Positions 52,228-62,889 of a stretch of 64,000 nt of DNA are shown piece after piece. Numbering within the stretch: position 1 is the stretch's first letter; each line of letters opens with the position of its first letter. Below the pieces are notes generated by a model, which worked only from the letters and a program-made list of their open reading frames with translations, was not told where the DNA came from and did not search any database. Source of the DNA: Chiloscyllium plagiosum. Lineage: Eukaryota. Location of the stretch: positions 15,369,407-15,433,406 of the forward strand of contig NC_057718.1 in NCBI RefSeq assembly GCF_004010195.1, written 5' to 3'. The translations under genes and the position numbers were made by a program.

Positions 52228-54626
52228 CTGATGGAGCTTGGGAAGATTTAATCTCATGGAGGGGGAGCCCAGGGTGTTAGAAATCAATCTGAGACTGGTG
52301 CAGTTGGGAAAAGGAGCAAGTCAAATAGTCAGGGCAGACAGGAACAAAGTAGAGAACGAGGTAGGACTGACAAATTAAACTGCATTTATTTCAATGCAAG
52401 AGGCCTAACAGGTAAGGCAGATGAACTCAGGGCATGGTTGTGAACACGGGACTGAGATACCATAGCAATTACAGAGATGTGGCTCAAGAATGGGCAAGAC
52501 TGGCAGTTAATGTTCCAGGGTATCGATGTTATCAGAACAAAAGAAAAGGGGACAGGAGAGGAGGGAGAGTGGCATTTTTGATTAGGGATAACATTATGGC
52601 TGTACTTAGGATATTCCTGGGAATACATCCAGGGAAGTTATTTGGGTGGAACTTAGAAATAAGAAAGAGGAAACCTTATTGAGATTGTACTATTGATGCC
52701 CCAATAGTCAGTGGAAAATTTGAGAAGCAAGTTTGTAAGGAGATCTCAGTTATCTGTAAGAATAATAGGGTGGTAATGGAAGGAGATTTTAACTTTCCAA
52801 GCATAGACTGGGACTGCCATAGAGTTAAAGGCTTGGATGGAGAGGAATTTGTTAAGTGTGTACAAGACTGTTTTCTGATTCAGTATGTGGATGTATCTAC
52901 TGGACAAGATGCAAAATTTGATCTACTCTTGGGAAATAAGACAAGACAATTGACAGAGGTGTCAGTGGGGGGAGTACTTTGGGACCAGTGATCAAAATTC
53001 TATTAGTTTTTCAAACAGTGGAAAAGGATGGACCGGATCTAAAAGTTGAAGTTCTAAATTGGAGGAAGGCCATTTTGATGGTATTAGGCAAGATCTTTCA
53101 AAGGTTGATTGGGGATACTTGTTCTCAGGTAAAGGGGCGGCTGGAAAATGGGAAGCTTTCCAAAACGAGTCCAGAGACAATAGATTCCTGTTTGGATGAA
53201 GGGCAAGGCTGGTAAGTGTAGGGAATGCTGGATGACTAGAGAAATTGAGGTTTTGGTGAAGAATAAGACAGAAGCATATGGCAGGTGTAGACAGCAGAGA
53301 TTGTGTGAATCCCTAGAAGAATATGGAAGCAGTAGGAGTATACTTAAGAGGGAAATCAGGAGGGCAAAAAGGGGACATAGTTTGGCAAATTGGGATATGG
53401 AGGTTCCAAAGGGACAGAAGAATGACTAGGGAGCATATAGGGCCCCTTAAAGATCAGGCCACATTTGTGTGGAACCATAGGAGATGGAGGAGATAGTAAA
53501 TGAGTATTTTACATCAGTGTTTACTGTGGATTTGGATATGGAAGTTAGAGAACATGGGGAAATAAATAGCGACAACTTGGAAAAATGTCCATATTTCAGA
53601 ACAGGAGCTTCTGGACATCTTAAAATGCATAAAGTGGATACGTTCCTGGGATCTGATCAGGTATACCCTAGAAAGCTATGGGAAGCTAGTGAAGTGATTG
53701 CTGAATTCTTTGATGAGATATTTGTAAGTTTGATAGCCATAGGTAGAAGACTGGTTGGCGAAGGTGGTAAGGAAAAGCCAGGGAATTACAGACGGCGAAG
53801 GTGGTAAGGAAAAGCCAGGGAATTACAGACTGGTGAGCCTGACATCGGTGGTGGGCAAGGTTTTGGAGGGAATTCTGAAGGACAGGATTTACATGCATTT
53901 GGAAACGCCAGGACTGATTACGTAGAGTAAACATGGCTAAGAAAAGCCAGGGAATTACAGACTAATGAGCCTGACATCGGTGGTGGGCAAGGTTTTGGAG
54001 GGAATTCTGAAGGACAGGATTTACATGCATTTGGAAACGCCAGGACTGATTACGTAGAGTAAACATGGCTAAATGTATGGGAAATCGTGTTTCACAAACT
54101 TAAGCCTTTTAAAGAAGTAACAGAACAGATTGACAAAGGCAGAACGATGGATGGGATCTTGTTGGACTTCAGTAAGGCATTCGACAAGGTTCCTCATAGT
54201 AGATGGTTAACAAGGTTAGATCACATTGAATACAGGGAAAACTATCCATTTGGATAAAGAACTGGCTCAAAAGTAAAAGACAGAAGGTGGTGGAGGGTTA
54301 GGGTTGGAGGTTGGAGACCTGTAACCAGCATTGTGTCAGAAGAATTGATGCTGAGTCCTCTGCTTTTTTTCATTTATATAAATAATTTAGATGTGACCAT
54401 AAGAGGTAGAGTAAGCTAGTTTACAGATGGCACTAAAATTGGAGGTGTAGTGGACATCAAAGAAAGTTATCTCCGTATAATGGGACCTTGATCAGATGGG
54501 CCAATGGGTTGAGGAGTGGCAGATTTAGTTTTATTTCAATAAATGTGAGGTGCTGCACTTTGGAAAGGCAAATCAGGGCAGGACTTATACACTTAATGCT
54601 AAGGTCTTGGGAGGTATTGCTGAACA

Positions 54627-55060
54627 AAGATGTGCAGATTAGGTGAAATGACCATGCTAAATTGTCCATCGTGTTCAGCAATGTGTAAGTTAGGTGCATT
54701 AGTCAGGGGAAATGTAGAGTAATTGGGTAGGGGAATGGATCTTCTTGGAGAAAGTGAGGACTGCAGATGCTGGAGATCAGAGCTGAAAATGTGTTGCTGG
54801 AAAAGTGCAGCAGGTCAGGCAGCATCCAATGAGCAGGAGAATTGACGTTTTGGGCAAGAGCCCTTCTTCAGGATTCCTGAAGAAGGGCTCATGCTCGAAA
54901 CGTCGATTCTCCTGCTCCTTGAATGCTGCCTGACCTGCTGCGCTTTTCCAGCAACACATTTTCAGTAGGGGAATGGATCTGAGTGTGTTTCTCTTGGGAA
55001 GGTCGTTGGGCTCATTGGTCATCATGGTCTGTTTCCACACTCATGGAATCATAGAATTCT
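54627..55060 (+). mobile_element. HE1 SINE 3' part split by the palindromic PLE insertion
   Basis: AAGATGTGCAGATTAGGTGAAATGACCATGCTAAATTGTCC...GGTCTGTTTCCACACT. Confidence 0.75.
54743..54965. mobile_element. Palindromic PLE-derived element, family A, hammerhead sequence on each arm
   Basis: 40-nt tail, 91-bp arms 54783-54873 and 54875-54965, and a 16-bp TSD GTAGGGGAATGGATCT at 54727-54742 and 54965-54980. Confidence 0.9.
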
Positions 55061-55252
55061 TACAAAGAGACCGTTGCAAGTTCATCGTACCTGTTGCAGG
55101 TACACAGGATGGTAAAGGAGATGTTTGGTATGTTTTCCTTTATTGGTCAGTGCATTGAGTATAGGAGTTAGGAGGGCGTGTTGCAAGTGTGTACAGGACA
55201 TTGGTTTTGTCACTTTTGGAATATTGTGTGCAATTCTGTTCTCCCTGTTGAA

Positions 55253-55294
55253 GGGATTCCTGAAGAAGGGCCTGTGCCCGAAACGTCGAATCTC
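55253..55294 (+). ncRNA. Minimal type I hammerhead ribozyme motif (in PLE fragment 55253-55386)
   Basis: Helix I GGGAUUC/GAAUCUC, core CUGAAGA(A), helix II GGGC-cugu-GCCC, GAAA, loopless helix III AC/GU. Predicted cleavage after GUC at 55287. Confidence 0.75.
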
Positions 55295-58200
55295 CTGTTC
55301 CCTGGATGCTGCCTGACCTGCTGTGCTGTTCCAGCAATAAAGTTTCAACTTTGATCTCCAGCATCTGCAGACCTCACTTTCTCCTCTAACTACTGGATAT
55401 CTACCAACTTTGCCCAATTATGAGATTTTCTAATTGCATGCTATAATATCTTTAATGATCAATTCTAACAACTTTCTCACAACAAATGTCAAGCTAACTG
55501 GCATATGGAGTCATAGTGTCTGATGTACAGCATGGAAAATGACCCTTCAATCCAACTCATCCATAAATAAATCTAGTCCCATTTGCCAGCATTTGGCCCA
55601 TATCCTTTCGAAGCCTTCCTGTTCATATACCCATCCAGCTGCCTTTTAAATGTTGTAATTGTACCAGTCTCTACCACTTTCTCTGGCAGCTCATTCCATA
55701 AACGCACCACCCTCTGCTTGAAAAGGTCCCTTTTAAATCTTTCCCCTCTCACCTTAAACTTATGCCCTCTAGTTTTAGACTCCCACCCTGAGGAAAAGAT
55801 CTTGGCTATTCACCCTATCCATGCCCCTCATGATTTTATAAATCTCTGTAAGGTCACCCCTCAGCCTCCTTTGCTCCAGGGAAAATAGCCCAGCTTATTT
55901 AGCCTCTCCCTGCAGCTCAAATCCTCCAACCCTGACAACATCCTTGTAAATCTTTCAAGTCTTACAACATCCTCCCTTCAACAGGGAGAACAGAATTGCA
56001 CACAATATTCCAAAAGTGACAAAACCAATGTCCTGTACACACTTGCAACACGCCCTCCTAACTCCTATACTCAATGCACTGACCAATAAAGGAAAACATA
56101 CCAAACATCTCCTTTACCATCCTGTGTACCTGCAACAGGTACTATAGATATTATAGCATGCAATTAGAAAATCTCATAATTGGGCAAAGTTGGTAGATAT
56201 CCAGTAGTTAATAGTACTTGAATATCCAGAAATGAATTGATAAGGTGCCACATGAAATAAAACTTCTGACGAGGGGTAAACCTATTAGCAAAGAAGTGAA
56301 AGCACCTGGAGTAAGAGGATTGAAAAAGAGATCTTGGGAAGTAAAAAGAACCTCTGATCAAACCTGGTGGATTGTTGCTTTGAATTGCTTCTCCAGTTGT
56401 TTTTTTTCCCCTCCACCCATAATGCTAATGTTTTATTGTTTGTCTCTGTGTTGAAGTTTACAAGGGACTTAGATTTTCAATTAGTACGATTATGTGTTGA
56501 TAATTCATGGTTTTATTTACCTGTGGCATATATAGAATGTTCTTTTTAAGTGAGGGATCATCTGGTCAGTGTTTTCTGTTAAACTGATTCGATCAAACAA
56601 GTAAATTAGAGCCTTGATTGACTTTGATTTAAATCATTAACTTTTGTGGTGACCAGGGGAATAGCAGTACTTGAGAGTCATCACACTTTTTCCCAAATTG
56701 ATGCTCAGTAGATCCTGAATAGTCTTGACAAAGTAGACATTAAAAGGATGTTTCTTTTCCTGGTTGAATCCAGAATGAAGAGGCACTATTTTTAAAATTA
56801 GAGGATCTCCCTTTTCCGACATGTAGAAATTTCTTTCTGAGGTATGTATCTTTGGAACTCTGCCTCAGAAGGCATTGGAGATGTGGGTCAGTGGATATTT
56901 TAAAGTTGAGGTACATCGATTCCCCTGTCTGTATCAAAAATCTGTGGCTATAGGGGTAGATGGGAATGTGAAATTCAAAGCAAAAAGAGATCAGCCTTGA
57001 TCTTGAATGGCCAATCAGGCTGAAAGTAGCAAGAGGTCAACTTCTTCTGTTTTATACATGCATACATTTGCCAAAAAATATCTTTACCAAACGCTTTCAA
57101 AATTTAGATGTGCATTCACTTCTAAAAGCTGTAACTGACCAAGTCATTAGGGCACTTGACTTAAAATGTAATGACATAACTAGGAGCAGGAATAAGTCAA
57201 ATGGCCCATTGACCACCTTTCATCTTTCAATTCCCTTATTGTACAAAAATCTTATTGATCTGTCTTGAATATATTGCCCATTTGAGCATTTACAATTTCT
57301 AAGGTAAGGAATACCAAAGAACAACAGTCCTCTAAATGAAGAAATTTCTCATTTCAGTCTGAAGTGGCTGTCCCTGAAGCTTGTCTCTATGCCTTCTAGT
57401 TCTAGACTTTCTAGGCAGAGCAATAGTATCTCTGTATCTATCTTGTATAGTCCCTTTGGAATCTTTGTGTTTAATATCATTTCAGTAATTTAATAGAGTA
57501 TATGTTAATTCTTCTTGTCCAAGGAGTAATGCTAATGAACCTTCATTGCATGACTTCCAAGCTAGGTATAATCTTAGGTACAGCAACTCAAGGACAGATA
57601 TGTATTTTGGGAGTACATCAATAGGAAAAACATATAATGGGTGTTTCAAAAGGAAGGTTGTGAACAACAGCTGGTCTCTGTGGTGGAAGCACATGTAGTC
57701 CTTTATTGGTAAGGATAGAAGACATAAATTTGTGAAAAACATTGCTTTTTAACAAAAATGTACTCTTTTAAAAAAAATGTTAACTGCTTTAATCATGTAC
57801 TCTGCATTGAAGTGCTGACACTGGCTTCACTCAGGTTTTGAAGTAGATGCTTTGATAACAAACCAGCCTCTTCTCCAGATGAGGAGGAATTTTGGAAAGA
57901 GTAACATTTTTTGGATACACACTGTTATTAGTGTGTGGCGATGTCACATTCCAAGATTGATTGTCTTGGATTGAAATTGTTAATATCTCTTTCATTTTGA
58001 GTCCCTTGTCTGTACCAGGCTCAGAAAATGGGGTGATAAGTTAATAACATAGTTAAGAGCGTGGTTGTGATATGTTTGACTGGAGACACCAGCAAATTTA
58101 CGGAAATTTGTTGCTCCAGTATATTCTGAAGATTCCAAGTATGTCCTGTCTTTACGTCAAAGTCCTTGAAATGATGGCCAAATTGACTTCAGTATTTGAG

Positions 58201-58388
58201 TACATGAAGAGTTTAAGAAAAGCCAGTGTTTTTGGTCTTGCTTTGCTGCTGAAATTTGATTAAGTGAACACCAGACTAGAACAAAATTAGATTTAGTTGT
58301 GATATTCTGCATAGACTCTTAGTTTACATCAGAGGAACAGTCTATTAGAAGAAGAGGCTGCTGGCATCTACAGAACTATCCCAAAGCA

Positions 58389-58865
58389 TGATTTGGAGAT
58401 GCCGGTGTTGGACTGGGGTGTACAAAGTTAAAAATCACACAACACCAGGCTATAGTCCAACAGGTTTAATTGGAAGCACACTAGCTTTCGGTGCGACGCT
58501 CCTTCATCAGGTGATTGTGGAGGGCTCGATCGTAACACAGAATTTATAGCAAAAATGTGCAGTGTGATGTAACTGAAATTATACATTGAAAAATTGATTG
58601 TCTGTCAAGCCTTTCATCTGTTAGAATACAGTGATAGTTTCACTGAAACTATCACCGTATTCTAACAGATGAAAGGCTTGACAGATAATCAATTTTTCAA
58701 TGTATAATTTCAGTTACATCACACTGCAAATTTTTGCTATAAATTCTGTGTTACGATCGAGCCCTCCACAATCACCTGATGAAGGAGCGTCGCTCCGAAA
58801 GCTAGTGTGCTTCCAATTAAATCTGTTGGACTATAACCTGGTGTTGTGTGATTTTTAACTTTGTA
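58389..58865. mobile_element. Palindromic PLE-like element, family B, intact hammerhead core on each strand
   Basis: 32-nt tail, 222-bp arms 58421-58642 and 58644-58865 with a 1-nt spacer, and TSD TATCCCAAAGCA at 58377-58388 and 58864-58875. Confidence 0.9.
58773..58807 (+). ncRNA. Minimal type I hammerhead ribozyme motif (mirror copy on minus at 58479-58513)
   Basis: CAC-CUGAUGA-A-GGAGC guc GCUCC-GAAA-GCUA-GUG. Helix I CAC/GUG; predicted cleavage after CUA at 58804. Confidence 0.7.
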
Positions 58866-60824
58866 TCCCAAAGCAAGCATTGTCCAGAGAATTATAGAGA
58901 AAATTGGAATGAAGGAAATTGATGAATAAGTTTGTCACTGATCATTGTTCATGTGAAAATTGTCATGAAAGCTTAGCTGGAAAGAGAATGTTGTTACAAT
59001 GTGGCATTCACTACCCCAGAATGTAGTGGATGCCTGGTCACTGATATAACACAATAATTCTATTCTCTTGCAATCTCACATTATAAGAAAATCACACAAT
59101 AGCCAAGCTATTTAAACTGATGAGGCTGAAATCACATTATAACCAATACAGGTAAGGAAAGTTTGTGGTCTCCAAATAACCCACTCTAAATTCTTCACGT
59201 CTTTGGAACTCCGAGCCACAGAAAGCTGTGGGGGGCAGAGTCTTTGCATATATTTAAGGCTGAGATAGATTCTTGATCAGTTGGGGAATTAATAGCTATG
59301 GGGAAAGGCTAAGAAGGAATGTCGGGTCATCCATGATGTTACTGAAGGCTGAGCTGGTTTGAGGGGATGAATGGCATACTCCTGTTCCTATTTTTTATGG
59401 TCTAATTGTATTATGTTGCTGCAAAAACTCTTGTGGTAAAAATTAAAATCAACAAATTATGTTAGACATAAATTTTAGCTTGATAATGTGTGTTGGGACG
59501 GGAGTAAGTAGTTTGTTACTAGTTGCACAACGTTTTTCAAAGTCAAGGCACGTGTTCACTAAATGGCAATTTATTTGTAGTCTAATCTGAGTGAAAATTC
59601 GCACTTCATAAAATGTAAAACAACCTGCATAGAAAATACTGAATATGGAAGAGATTCCAAGAAAAATACTTGTGAAGTATGGATCACGCTTTCACCAAAC
59701 GTTTGAAGATGAGTTATTTGGATTACCTACTTTTAGTACTTTGGATAAGTGGGGAAAGCAACTCTGGTCTTAGACTAAATGGTATTAGTTTAATTTTATA
59801 TTGTCAGATACAAGAAATGTTCTGTTTCTGCTGATTTACAAAATAAAGGACCTTGAAAGCTCCAGCCAGTGCTGTTGTTCAGTCTGATGGTACACCATAA
59901 AAGATAACAACTTTAATGTATAGCCAGGTTAAAATACTGAAAACCTGAATCAGAAGACATATAACTTGAACGTTAGCCTTAACCTATATTTTGATGTAAA
60001 CAGTTGTGCTTCTGGTACATTAGAACTATTTAGTTTCTTACCTGCCTACATAACAATATATCATACTACACATATTCTTTGAAAGAAATACAAATAAGAT
60101 GCACATCAGTTATAACAAGCAGAATTACAAAATAAGATTATAAAATATAGGAGCAGAATTAGGCCATTTGGCCCATCAAGCCTGCTCTGCCATTTGATCA
60201 TGGCTGATGACGGGAAACTAGTCATCAGAACTTCCTTTGCAGTAATTAGACTAGAAATATTGCAAGCAAGCCAATTATAAATTGCTTCATCATTTCTTGT
60301 GAACCAAACTAAATTTAGGCTTGTTATTACCTTGTTTGCTGAGTTAAAATATTGACTGTAGTGTTTCTGTTTTACTAAGAGTTTGGTTGGACATTAAAAG
60401 TGAAGCGAAAGATTAAACAGCATTTAAAAATATTTTTCTGCATCATTAAAGCATGGCAACTAACTGACCTGTGAAATAATGTGCTGAACAATGCAATTAG
60501 TAGTAAAATTTCGCAACTGAGGACTTCGGTACATTTTACCCTCTTAACTTTTGAATTATGTTGTTGGAAGATAATGTTAAGAGTTACTTTAGGCTGAAAA
60601 AATACTAGTCAATGAACAGCTCCATTAAGATGTTCAAATCCCTGATATTTTGCCATTTTCCATCCCTACTCGCTGATAGAGGCACAGTTGCTGTATTTAC
60701 CCGAGTGCTGTCATAAAATTTGACAAATTATTTACTCTATACTTTGAATGATACCTACCCTCGTGAATGACAACTGCAATTTTGATGTTACAAAATAGGT
60801 AATTTGTATTGCTGCTCCAATGAT

Positions 60825-61030
60825 GTGATGTGGAGGTGCTGGTGTTTAACTGGGGTGGATGAAGTCAGAAATCACACAATACCAGGTTATAGTCCAGCAC
60901 GTTTATTTGAAATCACAAGCTTTCCGAGATCTGCTCCTTCATCAGGTGAAGTGAAGGGAAGTGCACAGGCACAGAATTTATAGGCAGAGAGATAATGGCA
61001 AGATAATTCCAGGTAATTAAGAGTGTCAGA
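60825..61030 (-). mobile_element. Older single-arm family-B PLE-like fragment
   Basis: Diverged tail, AAATCACACAATACCAGGTTATAGTCCA, and minus-strand CTGATGAAGGAGCAGATCTCGGAAAGCTT. Confidence 0.7.
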
Positions 61031-61219
61031 AGTTAAGTTCAAGCGATGTTAATGGAAATGCAATATCAGTTGGAGGGATTATGCATTTGGCCTAAGAAGT
61101 AATTCTAAGAAAGTCTTTGAGGAGGAGAAGAAGGAATAAAAGCTATGTTCTCTCAATGGTGATGTCAGATGGTATTTAAAATATAATCAGTAACTTAGGA
61201 AACATGCCAATCAATTTCT

Positions 61220-62710
61220 GAACACCAAGAAATGGTTGGCAGCACTGGATACTCCAAATGCTAATGATCCTGACAACATTCCGGCAATGGTAATGAACAT
61301 TAGTGCTCCAGAACTTGCCTAGCCAAGCTGTTCCGGTGCAGCTACAACACTGGCATCTCTACTGCAATGTAAAAAGTTGCCCACATGTGTCCTGTACACA
61401 AACAAAAAAAGGACAAATCCAATAGCCAATTGGTCTACTCTTGATCATCAGTAAAGTGATAGGTGTCACCAACAGTGCCATGAAGCAGAACCTGCTCAGC
61501 AATAACTTGTTTACTGACACCTAGTGTTCCACCAGAGCCACTCAGCTTCTAAAGTCATTACAGCCTTGGTTCAAACATGGACAAAAGAGCTGAATGCCTG
61601 AATTGAGAGAGTGACAACCCTTGACATCAAGATCACATTTGACCAAGTGTGGCATCAAGGAACCCTAGTAAAACTGGAATCAACGAGTATCTGTCTTTGT
61701 TTGTTAGAGTCATACCTGGCACATAGGAAGACAGTCGTGGTTGCTGGAGGTCAGTCATCTCAGTTTGAAGTTATCTCTGCGCGAGTTCCCCTGAGTAGTA
61801 TCCTGGTCCCAATCATCCTCAGCTGCTTCATCAATAACCCTTCTTCCATCATCAAGTCAGAAGCGGGAGTGTTCACTGATAACTTCACAATGTTAAACAC
61901 CATTCATGACTTCTCAGATACTGAAGCAGTCAGTATCCAAATACAGCTAGAGCTGGACAGTAACCAGGTTTGAGCTGAAATGAGGCAAGTTAACATTTGC
62001 ACTACACAAATACTAAACAATGATTCTCTTGAATAAGAGACAATCGAATCACTGCCTCTTGACTTTCAATGGTGTTACCATCACTGAATTACCCCACTAT
62101 TAATTTTTTGGGAGTTACCTTCAACCAGAAACTAATATCGATACAGTGGCTACAAGAGACGGTGAGAGGCAAGGAATGCTGCAGTGAGTAACTCACCTAC
62201 TGACTCCCGAAAGTTTGTCCACCTTTCACAAGGCACAAATTGGAAGTGTGATGGCTTATTCTCCATTTGAGTGCAGCTTCACCAACACTCGGACATTTGA
62301 CATCATACAAGACAAAGTAGCAGGTTTGATTGGCACCACATTGACAAAAAGTCATTCCTCCACCACTGACACTCTGTAGTAGCAGCAGTGTGTATTGTCT
62401 GAATGCACTGCAGAAATTCACCAAATATCCTTAGCCCCTTCCAAACCATTACCATTGAATAAATATATAGGAGCAACATCACCTGCAAGTTTTACCTCCA
62501 CTCACTCATCATCCTGACTTGGAAATATATCATTATCTCTTCACTGTTGAGTCAAAATCCTGGAATTCCTTTCCTAATGCTATTGTGGGTCTACCCATAA
62601 CACATGGACTGCAGCAGTTCAAGAATGCAGCTCAACTCCACATTCTCAATGATAACTAGAAATGTGCAATATACTCTAGCCCAGTGAGCAACATCTAGGT
62701 CCTACAAGTT
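61220..62710 (+). mobile_element. Degraded LINE of the CR1/L2 group (family distinct from HER1)
   Basis: PDNIP, LDIKITFDQVWHQG, VPLSSILVPIILSCFINN and FTDN RT motifs. Confidence 0.75.
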
Positions 62711-62889
62711 AATTGAAGTAAAAATCCAACAAACAGCAAGGAGGTTGGTAATCTACATTAATATTGGTTGAGGAATAAATATTGGGAATGACGCCTCTTC
62801 TTCAAACTATTGTCATAGAATATTTCACATTCACCTAAGTGGGCAAGCTGTTTGCTTAGCACTAAAATAAAATAATGAATTCTCCAAGG

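Larger units (their letters stand above)
50901..55973 (+). mobile_element. Near full-length CR1 LINE (ORF1 Zn-finger plus SGNH esterase; ORF2 EN-RT) with its 3' end now inverted (55507-55973)
   Basis: ORF1 VMCSSCQMWE, IGDSVVRG, VHIGTNN, GLHLN. ORF2 CIYFNARGL, GDFNFPSIDW, PGNYRLVSLT, DFSKAFDKVPH. SINE and PLE insertions inside. Confidence 0.9.

Noticed and set aside
56245..56454. ORF containing GLKKRS, superficially like consortin SILKKR
   Set aside because: It starts in decayed CR1 sequence, has no convincing acceptor and shows no further similarity.
57813..57905. Candidate next CNST exon (several AGs and a GTAACA donor)
   Set aside because: The tested acceptors give early stops or peptides lacking the expected GLVSILKKR / KRRVRF / transmembrane sequence. 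The remaining exons probably lie beyond the window or were missed.
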